Assembly (NCBI GenBank): GCA_002269645.1
Contig: NIVC01003826.1
Location: 1 to 64,000, forward strand
Reading direction: 5' to 3'
Length of the DNA: 64,000 bases
From: Macrostomum lignano
Taxonomy: Eukaryota
Shown: piece after piece, positions 21,170 to 33,897 of the stretch
Layout of the letters: every line of letters starts with the position of its first letter
Numbering within the stretch: position 1 is the first letter of the stretch
Program-made: the position numbers and the translations under genes
Notes under the pieces: model-generated
The model's input: the letters and a program-made list of their open reading frames with translations, nothing else
Databases searched by the model: none
What the model was told of the DNA's origin: nothing

Positions 21170-21611
21170 GGTTAATCGTAGCCCAGTGGCCTCTAGCGCG
21201 GCGCTCTGATGTGCAAGCGGCCCAGGCTCGATTCCAAGTGCAGTCACATTGATTTGGTGCTAAATTGGGTCTACGAGCTTTGCCTTCGAACTTTAGCTGG
21301 AAACTTTCCGGCTGGCAAAGTTCGTACTCCCGGTTAAATTAGAATCTCGGCTTGGGTGCAGTTTTAACGGTCTTGAGGGCCAACCTCCAAGGCACAGTGA
21401 AGTGTACATGCCTAACGATAAATAAAGTTAGGGCCGCTGTACACTCCTGTGTGAGTGTGTGCCTGTGCGTATGACTGCGTACGAATCCGCGCCCATGTGT
21501 GCCTGCTCAGGGGAGTCGGCGGAATGGGCAGCAATGCCTCTCGCCGGTTGTGTGACAATGTCGCTTAAAGTGCGCCAGGGTGAACGCAGCCCCTGCCTTT
21601 AACTAACTAAC
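21170..21611 (+). mobile_element. tRNA-derived SINE-like element with (TAAC)n tail
   Basis: A-box-like TAGCCCAGTGG (21179), B-box-like GGCTCGATTCC (21225), GC-richer body in AT-rich context, 3' end TTTAACTAACTAAC. Confidence 0.55.
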
Positions 21612-22830
21612 CATTGGTGACATCATCCAGCATGGGCTTCAACCAACGGGCCACCGAGAATCTGCCCCGAGCGCCTCACTCTGGTGGTGCCAGGAGCTTC
21701 AAGCTATACTGCATCCGCATAGTGGTGGAATAACTGGGCTCTTTTGTCAAAAGTTCCACTTTGGTGGTCTGGTTCCCGCCACCTTCAAGATCGAATGGAA
21801 ATAACTTTTAGCATGCATTTAACCTTTAATTTCCAATTAGAGGGCTTCAAAATCAGTCGTTTTCTGATTCCTATCTGCGTTAGATTATCATATTACATGT
21901 GCAGAAGATAGTCTACAGCTAACAACAAACCGTTTCCGCTAAAAGTACCCATTGCGCCTTCCGAGGTACTCAGCGCCCTTTTGGGTGAAAGTATGAAAGT
22001 AATATAGCATTAGTGGATGAAAAATGCCTAACCCTACCTTGTTAGCGAAATTAACGGTTTTGAAGCTAAAATTGGCTTCAAAACCTTGAGTGTGACAGTT
22101 TTGTGTTTAAAGCAGCCAGATAATTAATATAGACTTCTGAGGCCGCTCTCAAAAACAGTCTGCGAAATTTTAAACATTCAGAAGATTTCCTTAAAGGTTC
22201 TGAAGTACCAGCATAATAGAGGTAAAGCTACGTGACTTCATTTACGAGAATATAGCATTTGATCTTTACTTGATCTCGGTGCGCCATTCTTTCGCAAAGC
22301 CTGCACGATGTTGCTTTAAATCGGCTTAAACGGCTTAAAAGCAAAAAAGCAACCGGCAGCTAGGCAAAAAGCACGAGATTCTATAAGATTTAATCTTACG
22401 ATGACAGCCGATTTAAACAAAAATCCGGAATTTTTTGCAGCAATTCAGCTAGCTATCAAGTCTGGCTGATCAATTTTTGACCAGCGTAGCTAGCTGAGAG
22501 TCTTCCCTAAGCGACTGTGGATCAATGCCAATTGGAAATTCAACACCCATCTGTATAGGACTAGGCAGCTATAGTCTAGATAGGAAATATGAAAAAAGAC
22601 TGCGTCTTACATAGGGACTGAGCAAGGTTATATTCCCTGTTTAATAAAGTTGCCCCTTACACTCGTATGCCAAGAAAATCGATTAGGGGTAAAGGCAAAA
22701 TCATCTCAGCAATGCACCTTAAATTGCACTCTAAAAGCGTATTCACAATGACATCAAATAAAACCATTGAAGTCATTTTTTGCACAATCACAAAGCTTTG
22801 ATGGTTTTTTGACGGTAGCTTGAATATTTT

Positions 22831-23145
22831 GCCAGTGACATTTGACTGCCAGTGACATTTGACTGTCAGTGACATTTGCTTATCAGTGACATTTGACTGC
22901 CAGTGACACATGACTGCCAGTGACACATGACTGCCAGTGACATTTGACTGCCAGTGACATTTGACTACCAGTGACATTTGACTGCCAGTGACATTTGACT
23001 ACCAGTGACATTTGACTGCCAGTGACATTTGACTGCCAGTGACATTTGACTGCCAATGACACATGACTGCCAATGACACATGACTGCCAGTGACACATGA
23101 CTGCCAATGACACATGACTGCCAGTGACACATGACTGCCAGTGAC
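22831..23145. repeat. 17-bp tandem repeat
   Basis: Unit GCCAGTGACATTTGACT / GCCAGTGACACATGACT. Confidence 0.95.
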
Positions 23146-24475
23146 AGGTAGCAAGAGCAACCCATTTCATTCGATGGGCCACTGCTATCCTCAAGTAACT
23201 TTGATTCAGTCAAAATTTAGAATACTTCCAGCTTCATGAAATCCTTCAGATTTTTTTCATTATTTAGCATCTAATAATGAAGAGAATCGAGAATTTTCAT
23301 TACTTTATTTTGTTTGTACGACTGAGAAAATGGTTTACAACATAAGTAGGCTGTGCGAATTTTAATTCCTTTTGTACTAGGAACCATTATCAGAGGTTTA
23401 CTATTAATCAGCTAGGGTAAACCTACTTATCAGTATAGATATTTATGTATTCTATAATATGTATGCTATATGCTTTCTTATTAGCTACAAGTACATAAGC
23501 ACAGTTTCTAAGCCTAAAATACTACCGAGTACCTAGGGGCACAGATAAGCTGAAATTAATAATTCAAAAAAATTGTTTCGGTAAATGGTTGCTTAGTTAA
23601 ACAAGATTAACAAGATCTCACCAATAGAAAAGTAAAGCAATTGTATATTTTCCAAATAATAGTAGTTATATTACCGACAGAAGGCAAATTATAATATCCA
23701 ACTAGCACTAGAAGGCAACAGTGTTCAATGAATATCTGCGAATACACATTCACACATTATTATTTATATACGACTGTAGAATTCTATAACCAAATCATGC
23801 TCACAAATATGCCTACTCAAATAGTTCTCAAACAAAATAGGAGTGGACTGCAGGGCTTCAGTTGGAAAAAAGTAGAGTTGGTAACACACTTAAACTTTAT
23901 AATTTATAGTTGAAAGCTTAATCTTTCTACAAATTATTAGACACATGAAAACTGAAATAAAAGAATGCAAAATCAACAAAAGAGAAACAGCAAAATAAGA
24001 ATTAAAGCAAATCATGAACAATATCAAATGAATGCAGAGAACTACTAATGGAAGCATTTAGAAATTCACAAACGCAATGAAATACTGATTAAAGTTCTCT
24101 TGCAAGGCAGTTCAATGCAACCGTAAGAAATCCGTTTAGTAATATTAAATAATCAAAACTGATTTCTAACGTTTAACCGGTCTCTTGTCAAGCGAGCCAT
24201 GGAGCCCTGGAAACACTCTCTGGACGGGAAAAGCTAGCCGATAAATAATCACAATGTCTAAATTTAAACTGAAAGATCACAGCGCCAATTTGACTTTCTA
24301 ATCGTCAGGCACGTACGACTCTCTGCGCGTTGGGGGCCGGCCCTCATAGCTAAATATTCTAAAGCCTTCTTAACAATGTCGTCACTGTTCTAACCTGATA
24401 GCTGCAACTCCAACTTATCCATAATTCTACTCGTCCAGAACGGCTCCAGGGCTACAATGCACACACAGCATAGGC

Positions 24476-27290
24476 CTAGGCCCCGTGCCGATGGCCGAAC
24501 CCTAGCGAGATGCCCGCCACCAAACAGAAGCCAATCAGAGTGGCGGCAAACTTGACGCCCTGACGACTGCGTCCGTCTTCGCCATTGCCAGCTGGTGCCA
24601 GCTCTGGCGGCAGCAGTTCTATGAATATCACATAGGCGAACGTGCCCGAGGCCAGGCCCTGCGAGTTCGGTGCGAGGGGTGGGTGCTCTGTGTTATGGAA
24701 AAGAGACGGTCCGGCATGTAAGAGTTGACAGTCTGTGGCATGCAAGAGTGATAGTCCTAACATGTAAGAGTGACAGTCTGCGGCATGTTAGAAGGACAGT
24801 CTGTGGCATGCAAGAGTGACAGTCCTAACATGCAAGAGTGACAGTCTGCGGCATGTTAGAAGGACAGTCTGTGGCATGCAAGAGTGACAGTCTGTGGCAT
24901 GCAAGAGTGACAGTCTGTGGCATGCAAGAGTGACAGTCTGTGGCATGCAAGAGTGACAGTCCTAACATGTAAGAGTGACAGTCCTAACATGTAAGAGTGA
25001 CAGTCCTAATATGCAAGAGTGACAGTCCTAACATGTAAGAGTGACAGTCCTAACATGTAAGAGTGACAGTCCTAATATGCAAGAGTGACAGTCTGTGGCA
25101 TGCAAGAGTGACAATCCTAACATGTAAGAGTGACAGTCCTAACATGTAAGAGTGACAGTCCTAATATGCAAGAGTGACAGTCTGTGGCATGCAAGAGTGA
25201 CAATCCTAACATGTAAGAGTGACAGTCTGTGGCATGCAAGAGTGACAGTCTAGAATGTAAGAGCGACAGTCCAGCATGTAAGAGTGACAGTTTCAATATG
25301 AAAGAGTGACAGTCCATACATGTAATAGTGACAGCCCGGTATACAAGAGTGATAGTCTGTGGCATGCAAGAGTGACAGTCTGTGGCATGTAAGAGTAACA
25401 GAAGACTCAGGCAGTCTAAAAGAGAAGAAAATTATGTTCAAATTACTGCAGCAGAAATCACTAGATACTACTGTACAGTAGGATGTAAAGCTTTAGAAAT
25501 CGGAATGGAGCTCAAGAGTAGAAACTTGTTCACAAGCAATAACAAAAATGCCCCAGACAAGCCGCAAACCTGAAGCGCCGCCACTGCTCTGTGAGCGGAA
25601 ATTGCCGATTCTCCAGTCTGACTGCCCACGCCAGCCTCAATAGCCAAGCCAATCGCTAAGCCGGCAGGTATTAACGCGGAGAACAGGCCAACAAGGCAAG
25701 CCTGCAGTCTGGGCGGCGCTCCGCCCCTCAGAAGGGCCACGCCAAGCGACAGGCTGCACAATGACTCGTGCATCAGCATAGCGGCTAGCAGGGTCAGCAC
25801 GGTTGCGCCCGACTGGCTGACCCCGGCGCCAATGCCTTCTAATAGGCTGTGCACGCCCATTGATAGGGTCAGCAGGATGGCGTTCATTGTGGCAGCCGGG
25901 CTTGACGAGTCTGGGCGAGGGAATGCAGTACGCGCTTTGCGGCTAGCTGGCTGTAAGTCCTATCTGTAAGCTTGTCTGTACACTGTAAGTCTGTCTGTAA
26001 GGTCGATCTATAAGCCTGTATGTACAGTCTGTCCGTAGGTCTGTCTGTAAAATTATGTCTGTAAGCCTGTCTGTAAGGCCTATCTCTAAGTTCTGTCTGT
26101 AGGCTTGTCTGTAAGGTCTGTCTGTAGGTCTGTCTGTAAGGTCTGTCTGTAGGCTTGTCTGTAAGGTCTGTCTGTAAGCCTGTCTGTAAAAGTCTGACTG
26201 TAAGATCTGTCTGTAGGTCTGTCTGTAAGGTCTGTAAAAGTCTGTCTGTAAGGTCTGTCTGTAGGTCTGTCTGTAAGGTCTGTCTGTAAGCCGGTCTGTA
26301 AGGTTTATCTGTTAGGATGTCTGTACTGTGTAAGCTTGTCTGTAAGCCCGTCTGTAAGCCTGTCTGTAAGGTTTATCTGTAAGCCTGTCCGTAAGGTGTG
26401 TCTGTAAGCCTGTCCGTAAGGTGTGTCTGTAAGCCTGTCTGTAAGCTTGTCTGTAAGGTCTGTCTGTAAGCCTGTCTGTAAAGTCTGTCTGTAAGCCTGT
26501 ATATAAGCCTGTCTTGAGGAAAGTCGATCTATCAGTACAAAAAAGGCAGCTAACCAGCTCCAATGAAGAAGTCGTGATGGTGATGGCCGTGATGCTGCAG
26601 CTGGTGGTGCGACCGGTCAAAGGCGGTCTCCTCAGCGTCATTCTCGTCCTCGTCGCCGGAGTCGGCCAGCAGAGGAGCCGCGCCGCTCAATGACACCGAA
26701 GACGAATCAGCTGAAGACGGCGATGAGATCAGCTGATCACCGTTCGACATTCGTTCGCCGTTAGCTTGCCGTTGCAGCTGTCTTTTTCGCCATTGGGGCA
26801 ATTGCAATTGCCGTTGCTTTTGCTGCTGCTTCTCTTTGGAAAAGCAGCAATGGCCGGAGCAGGCCCAGTGAGCGAACAGGTCCAAGGCCCAGACGGCAAA
26901 GAAGCCGGACATCAAGCTGAGCTCAGTGAGCGGCAGGTGGCTACCCGGATACAGGCGAAGGAAACTGGCTCGAACCGAGGGTAACAGGCCGACAAAGCAG
27001 GAGGCCAGAAACACCCCGGCGCTGAAGCAACTGGCCGGGCTCATCCAGGCCCGCAGACGGCTTCCGCCGCCGCCCCTGGACCCAGCAGTGCCAGTTCCAA
27101 GGCACCGAGCCCGGAGCGCTAGCGGCAATAATCCAGCCATTATATTGGCGGCAAAGATCAAAGGGATTCCAATAGCTTTGATCGTAACGTAGCCGTCGCC
27201 GGTGTCATCGTGGTTGATGTCGACGCCGGACAAAGTCGACGGCGTTGTTGAATTTGGGGCCACGGAGTGCAACTGGAATTGGCGATGCAA
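24476..27290 (-). CDS. ZIP/SLC39 (ZIP1-3-like) zinc/iron permease; exons approx 27290-26555, 25946-25570, 24658-24476; true start uncertain
   Basis: SCFSAGVFLASCFVGLLP, His-rich loop HHGHHHH, VHSLLEGIGAG, HESLCSLSLG, LQ|GLASGTFAYVIFIELLP. GT/AG junctions keep the frame. Confidence 0.88.
24713..25400. repeat. 22/23-bp minisatellite in ZIP intron 2
   Basis: CATGCAAGAGTGACAGTCTGTGG and CATGTAAGAGTGACAGTCCTAA units. Confidence 0.93.
25951..26512. repeat. Degenerate CTGTCTGTAAG repeat in ZIP intron 1
   Basis: Repeated CTGTAAG/CTGTCTGTA units, read as CTTACAGACAG on the gene strand. Confidence 0.9.
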
Positions 27291-27339
27291 TGGCCGGCTA
27301 AGGGCTCTCAGGCTCCAGGAATTGCATTTGTGAATGCTT

Positions 27340-27845
27340 AGCGGGGAATTCTTAATGGGGAATTTCTCAAATCTGGGATTTTCTCAATAGGGATTTTCTC
27401 AACGGGAAATTTCTCAAATATGGGATTTCTCAATGGAGGATTTTCTCGATTGGGGATTTTTCAAATGGAGAATTTTCTCAATGGGAAATTTCTCAAATAG
27501 GGGATTTATCAATGGGGGATTTTCTCAACGGGAAATTTCTAAAATAGGGATTTCTCAATGGGAAATTTCTCAAATAGGGATTTCTCAATGGGAAGTTTCT
27601 CAAATAGGGATTTCTCAATGGGAAGTTTCTCAAATCGGGGATTTTTCAAAAGGGAATTTCTCAAATGAGGGATTTTCTCAATGGAGATTTTCTCAATGGG
27701 GAATTTCTCAAATGGAGATTTTTCAATAGGAAACTCTGCAAACCAGGGATTTTCTCGATGGAGAACTTCTTAAATTGGGATGATGGGGAATTACTCAATA
27801 AGGATTTTCTCAGAGGGGGAATTTCATGAGGAATTTCTCATGAAG
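27340..27845. repeat. Degenerate ~30-bp GGGATTTCTCAATGGGAAATTTCTCAAATA repeat
   Basis: Recurrent GGGA(A)TTTCTC units between the ZIP and DNAJA3 genes. Confidence 0.85.
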
Positions 27846-28145
27846 GTAAAAAAATCAACCAAACCAAAATGCAAGTACCTCTATAAAAATGGCAAATCAT
27901 TCAAAGATGCGGTTGAGTTTTAGTTTATGACAAAAGCTCATATTCCGGATATATATAGCAAAACTATTGAAGTCTATGCATAAGCAAACGAACAGCAGGC
28001 ATGGTGGTGGACACTGAGCTGGAACACATCTAACATTTATTAATAATATTCAAACGGCTGGACGATAAGAATCTTTTAAAACTGCTTGATTTGACTGCAG
28101 ACTGACGATATTTTTTACTAACAAAATTGCTCATTAATAAATCCA

Positions 28146-31100
28146 TTAACCCAATACAGCTTTCTTCAGGTGCCAACCAATCTCTTTCAGTTTGTCGAAT
28201 AGGCTCAATTTACGGTCAGCGAGCACTCTGAGTATTGTGCTCAGCAGCTCTGAAAAGGCGAAATGTGGGGCGGTTTTAGGAGTGAGTAGAGGGGGGTTTT
28301 AGGAGTGAGTAGAGGGCGGTTTTAGGAGTGAGTAGAGGGCGGTTTTAAGAGTGAGAGGGCAGTTTTAGGAGTGAGTAGAGGGCGGTTTAAGGAGAGAGTA
28401 GAGGGCGGTTTAAGGAGTGAGTAGAGGGAGTTTTAGGAGTGAATAGAGGGCGGTTTTAAGAGTGAGTAGAGGGTGGTTTTAAGAGTGAGTAGAGGGCGGT
28501 TTTAAGAGTGAGAGGGCAGTTTTAGGAGTGAGTAGAGGGCGGTTTTAGGAGTGAGTAGAGGGCAGTTTTAAGAGTGAGTAGAGGGTGGTTTAAGGAGTGA
28601 GTAGAGGGCGGTTTTAAGAGTGAGAGGGCAGTTTTAGGAGTGAGTAGAGGGCGGTTTAAGGAGTGAGTAGAGGGCGGTTTTAAGAGTGAGAGGGCAGTTT
28701 TAGGAGTGAATAGAGGGCGGTTTAAGGAGAGAGTAGAGGGCGGTTTAAGGAGTGAGTAGAGGGCGGTTTAAGGAGAGAGTAGAGGGCGGTTTAAGGAGTG
28801 AGTAGAGGGCGGTTTAAGGAGTGAGTACAGGGCGGTTTAAGGAGTGAGTAGAGGGCGGTTTAAGGAGTGAGTAGAGGGCGGTTTTAAGAGTGAGAGGGCA
28901 GTTTTAGGAGTGAATAGAGGGCGGTTTAAGGAGAGAGTAGAGGGCGGTTTAAGGAGTGAGTAGAGGGCGGTTTAAGGAGAGAGTAGAGGGCGGTTTAAGG
29001 AGTGAGTAGAGGGCGGTTTAAGGAGTGAGTACAGGGCGGTTTAAGGAGTGAGTAGAGGGCGGTTTAAGGAGTGAGTAGAGGGCGGTTTAAGGAGTGAGTA
29101 GAGGGCGGTTTAAGGAGTGAGTAGAGGGCGGTTTTACGAGTGAGTACAGGGCGGTTTTAGGAATGAGTACAGGGCGGTTTTAGGAATGAGTACAGGGCGG
29201 TTTTAGACATAAGCACAGGGTGGTTTTAGACATGAGTACAGGGCGGTTTTAGACATGAGTACAGGGCGGTTTTAGGAATGAGTACAGGGCGGTTTTAGAC
29301 ATGAGTAGACTCCTAAACTTCTCCAAAAAGTTGACTATCCTAAAACATAATTACGCAACAATGACTGCAGTGAGCAGAAGCCTCACCAGCAGTGACAGAC
29401 CGCAGCACCCCGTCAACAGTTCCACCCCGATAATCGTTTGCTCCCTCCAGCTGGGCAAACTTTAGCAGCAGTTCGCGCTGTTCCTGACTTAACCGGCGAG
29501 GCGATTTGATTCTCACGTGCACAACATGATCGCCGTTGCCGTAGCCGCCGATGCGGGCGATGCCCTGGCCAGACAGGCGAATCGTATCGTGAGAGTTGGT
29601 GCCCGGCGGCAGATTAACGCTAAGCTGTTCACGGAGACCTCTGACACTGATTGTGCCGCCTAGCACTGCCTGGCTGATGCTCACCTATAAGAGTGTAATT
29701 ATGCTTCCTCCTTATAGTACAAACAAACATCGCGTCAGTTTTTGATATTGATAGGCCATCTGATAGATATCCTTCTGACTACTTGCAGTCCTATGTATGG
29801 CAAACTCTATCCATTGCAATAGCTTAGGATTCCGCTACCCTCCTCAGGTGTATTAATCAGTGGATTCCGCTACCCTCCTTAGGTGAAATTATCAGTGGAT
29901 TCCGCTACCCTCCTCAGGTGTATTCATCAGTGGATTCCGCTACCCTCCTTAGGTGAAATTATCAGTGGATTCCGCTACCCTCCTCAGGTTTATTCATCAG
30001 TGGATTCCGCTACCCTCCTCAGGTAAAATTATCAGTGGATTCCGCTACCCTCCTCAGGTTTATTCATCAGTGGATTCCGCTACCCTCCTCAGGTGTATTC
30101 ATCAGTGGATTCCGCTACCCTCCTCAGGTGTATTCATCAGTAGATTCCGCTACCCTCCTCAGGTGTATTCATCAGTGGATTACGCTACCCTCCTCAGGTG
30201 TATTCATCAGTGGATTCCGCTACCCTCCTCAGGTGTATTAATCAGTGGATTCCGCTACCCTCCTCGGGTGTATTAATCAGTGGATTCCGCTACCCTCCTC
30301 AGGTGTATTAATCAGTGGATTCCGCTACCCTCCTCAGGTGTATTCATCAGTGGATTCCGCTACCCTCCTCGGGTGTATTCATCAGTGGATTCCGCTACCC
30401 TCCTCGGGTGTATTAATCAGTGGATTCCGCTACTCTCCTCAGGTGTATTCATCAGTGGATTCCGCTACCCTCCTCAGGTGTATTCATCAGTGGATTCCGC
30501 TACCCTCCTCGGGTGTATTAATCAGTGGATTCCGCTACCCTCCTCAGGTGTATTAATCAGTGGATTCCGCTACCCTCCTCAGGTTTATTCATCAGTGAAT
30601 TCCGCTACCCTCCTCAGGTGTATTCATCAGTGGATTCCGCTACCCTCCTCAGGTGTATTAATCAGTGGATTCAATTTGTGTTTATGCAATTCCACACCCA
30701 GCGGAATCTAATCTGGGGAATCAAACCAGGCAATAACACAGAGCTAACAAACCTCAACATCCGAATGCACATCGGCCCGGTCGCGTCGAAACCGATCGCT
30801 GGGCGTCACTTCAATTCGAGCCCAAATCTCCTCCGTGGAGCCGCCACCGACGCCGCTCAGCGGCACCCGCAGAGTCTGGCCAGATTCCACCCCGGCGGGC
30901 ACAACAATCTGCAGATTGCGCCGTTGAATAGTGCGACCTTTGCCGCCGCACTCGGTGCACGGCGTGGCGGCTGCGCGCCTGGCGCCGCCGCATCTGCGAC
31001 AGGTGGAGCGCATGTAGAAGGCGCCAGTTGACAGAGTCTCGTAGCCTGCCGAATGCAATTGTGTTGCAGCGGTGCGAGTGCTGCTATAGTCATTGATTGG

Positions 31101-33144
31101 GGCGCTTTCACAAGCTAGCAATTCCACAAACTAGCAATTCCATAAACTAGAAATTCCACAAACTAAGATAGCAATTCCACAAGCTACCAATTCCACAAGC
31201 TAGCAATTCCATAAACTAGCAATTCCACAGACTAGCAATTCCACAAACTAGCAATTCCACAGACTAGCAATTCCACAAGCTACCAATTCCACAAGCTAGC
31301 AATTCCATAAACTAGCAATTCCACAGACTAGCAATTCCACAAACTAGCAATTCCACAGACTAGCAATTCCACAGACTAGCAATTCCACAAACTAGCAATT
31401 CCACAAACTAGCAATTCCACAAACTAGCAATTCCACAAACTAGCAATTCCACAAACTAGCAATTCCACAAACTAGCAATTCCACAAGCTAGCAATTCCAC
31501 AAACTAGCAATTCCACAAACTAGCAATTCCACAAGCTAGCAATTCCACAAACTAGCAATTCCACAAACTAGCAATTCCACAAGCTAGCAATTCCATAAAC
31601 TAGCAATTCCATAAACTAGCAATTCCACAAACTAGCAATTCCACAAACTAGCAATTCCACAAACTAGCAATTCCACAAACTAGCAATTCCATAAACTAGC
31701 AATTCCACAAACTAGCAATTCCACAAACTAGCAATTCCATAAACTAGCAATTCCACAAACTAGCAATTCCACAAACTAGCAATTCCACAAACTAGCAATT
31801 CCACAAACTAGCAATTCCACAAACTAGCAATTCCACAAGCTACCAATTCCACAAGCTACCAATTCCACAAACTAGCAATTCCACAGACTAGCAATTCTAC
31901 AAACATAAAAAACCACAAACTATAACACGAGGCTATTATTCTGCTAAAATATTCTACTTACTCCAGCCGTTTACCCTAAAGAATGCGCTCACCTGTGCCG
32001 TTGCACTGCGGACAGTTCACAACTCTGGAGCCAGGCTCAGCGCCAGAACCGCGACACTTTCTACAGTCGCCGACAGCGTTCACCTGTACAGCCTTGACAG
32101 CGCCGCAGGCGGCCTCCTCAAAGGTGAGCCGAAGCGACATCTCTTTAGCCGGCCCGAAGCCGAATACGCTCTCGGCGAAGCCTTGTGTTGCCGAGTCATT
32201 GTTGTTGAAACCGCTGAAATCGAAGCCGGCATCGCGAAAAATTCTACGAAACAGCTCTTCGGGATCAATGGAGCCGTGGTAGCTCTCGAAACCGCCCTGC
32301 GGGTGGAGTCAGCGGGAACAACAAGTGGGAAGAATATTTGAGAATACTGATCCCGAATCTTTGAGAATACTGATCTCGAATCTTTGAGAATACTGATCCC
32401 GAATCTTTGAGAATACTGATCTCGAATCTTTGAGAATACTGATCCCGAATCTTTGAGAATACTGATAATGAGAATACTGATCTTTGAGAATACTGATCCC
32501 AAAAACTTAAGAGTACCAAATCCCTGAATGTTAAGAATCCCGAATGCTGAGAATCCCATATCTGTGAACGTTGAACATCCCGAATTACTGAATGTTGAGC
32601 ATCCCGAATTACTGAATGTTGAGCATCCCGAATTACTGAATGTTGAGCATCCCGAATTACTGAATGTTGAGCATTCCGAATTACTGAATGTTGAGCATCC
32701 CGAATTACTGAATGTTGAGCATCCCGAATTACTGAATGTTGAGCATCCTATGAGCATTCTATTGTCCGCACAGAAAATAGAATTTCTACAATAAGCTACC
32801 TGGAACCCGCCACTGCCTCGGCCACTAGCTGAGGCGGACTGCCCGGGACCGCCACTGCCGCCTCCAGCCATGCCGTATGCGTCATACTGCCGCCGCTTGG
32901 CCTCATCCGACAGCACCTCGTAGGCCTCCGACACTTCCTGGAACTTCTTAGCCGCGCCTGGATCATTCTTATTAACATCCGGGTGATATTTTTTAGCCAG
33001 CTGATAATAAGCCCGTTTAATATCTTTCTGATCGGCCTGACGGCCGAGGCCCAGTACTTCGTAATAGTCGCGTTTGAACAACGCTGACGATGTGCGCAGC
33101 GAGCGGCGACACATTAATGAAAGCCATGGCACTGCGGAGCGCAT
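28146..33144 (-). CDS. DNAJA3: Mitochondrial DnaJ homolog subfamily A member 3 (Tid1); exons 33144-32800, 32296-31993, 31045-30753, 29684-29387, probable last exon 28249-28146
   Basis: Arg/Ser-rich presequence, J domain (DYYEVLG...HPD), G/F region, [12 protein letters not shown], CxxCxGxG-type zinc repeats, C-terminal domains ([20 protein letters not shown]). The spliced phases are compatible. Confidence 0.92.
28268..29310. repeat. ~23-bp minisatellite in DNAJA3 intron 4
   Basis: GAGTGAGTAGAGGGCGGTTT(T)AG units. Confidence 0.95.
29826..30672. repeat. 35-bp minisatellite in DNAJA3 intron 3
   Basis: CAGTGGATTCCGCTACCCTCCTCAGGTGTATTCAT units. Confidence 0.96.
31113..31902. repeat. 16-bp minisatellite in DNAJA3 intron 2
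   Basis: CTAGCAATTCCACAAA units. Confidence 0.96.
32338..32748. repeat. Two adjacent minisatellites (23 bp and 24 bp) in DNAJA3 intron 1
   Basis: GAGAATACTGATCCCGAATCTTT (32338-32500) and TGTTGAGCATCCCGAATTACTGAA (32560-32748), sharing the core ATCCCGAAT. Confidence 0.92.
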
Positions 33145-33500
33145 CTGCAAGCATGTTGGTACTTATTGGCTTAGAATTCTAGATATGCTATATGAAAAAT
33201 GCGTTTATCTACTCTTTTCAGTAGCAAAATGAGCGTTTTTCCTCTTTATCATAGTAAAAAATATTCAATTTTTTAAAATAATTTTGTTTTTGAAGCTTTC
33301 AACAAGCAGACCCATGAAATGAGTAATTTCATTCTGTTATTTATATAAGAAATCAATTTAAGACTGAAGATTGCAGCAAAAAAGCCTTTAAAAAACTTTA
33401 AAAAGCCACATCCAATGCGTGTGCATTGCAAGCAAGAGAGAGAAGGGGTGGCGCGCCAGGCCAATAAACAGTTGGACTTACCTCTTTCCCTCTTATGTCT

Positions 33501-33897
33501 GACTTTGACCTCTCACCTTATTGCTCTCTCATTGGCTGAACAGATTGGGCCTGCCCCCCTAGGCCGAGTTCTGTCTGTGACTTTGACCCTCTCACCTTAT
33601 TGCTCTCTCATTGGCTGAGCAAAATTGGGCCTGCCCCCCTAGGCCGAGTTCTGTTATGTGACTTTGACCCTCTCACCTTATTGCTCTCTCATTGGCTGAG
33701 CAAAATTGGGCCTGCCCCCCTAGGCCGAGTTCTGTTATGTGACTTTGACCCTCTCACCTTATTGCTCTCTCATTGGCTGAGCCAAATTGGGCCTGCCCCC
33801 TAGGCCGAGTTCTGTTCTGTGACTTTGACCCTCTCACCTTATTGCTCTCTCATTGGCTGAGCCAAATTGGGCCTGCCCCCTAGGCCGAGTTCTGTCC
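33501..33897. repeat. ~80-bp tandem repeat, 5 copies, upstream of DNAJA3
   Basis: GACTTTGACCCTCTCACCTTATTGCTCTCTCATTGGCTGAGC...ATTGGGCCTGCCCCCCTAGGCCGAGTTCTG. Confidence 0.93.

Noticed and set aside
21170-21250. Functional tRNA gene
   Set aside because: A/B boxes are degenerate, no convincing cloverleaf or T-run terminator; better explained as a SINE head.
29953-31031. Plus-strand ORFs [12 protein letters not shown]...
   Set aside because: Translations of the 35-bp intronic repeat, antisense to DNAJA3.
32080-33150. Single-exon 356-aa DnaJ ORF with a GCSTFSNS repeat
   Set aside because: Read-through into intron 1. A donor at 32799 and acceptor at 32297 restore the Tid1 sequence.
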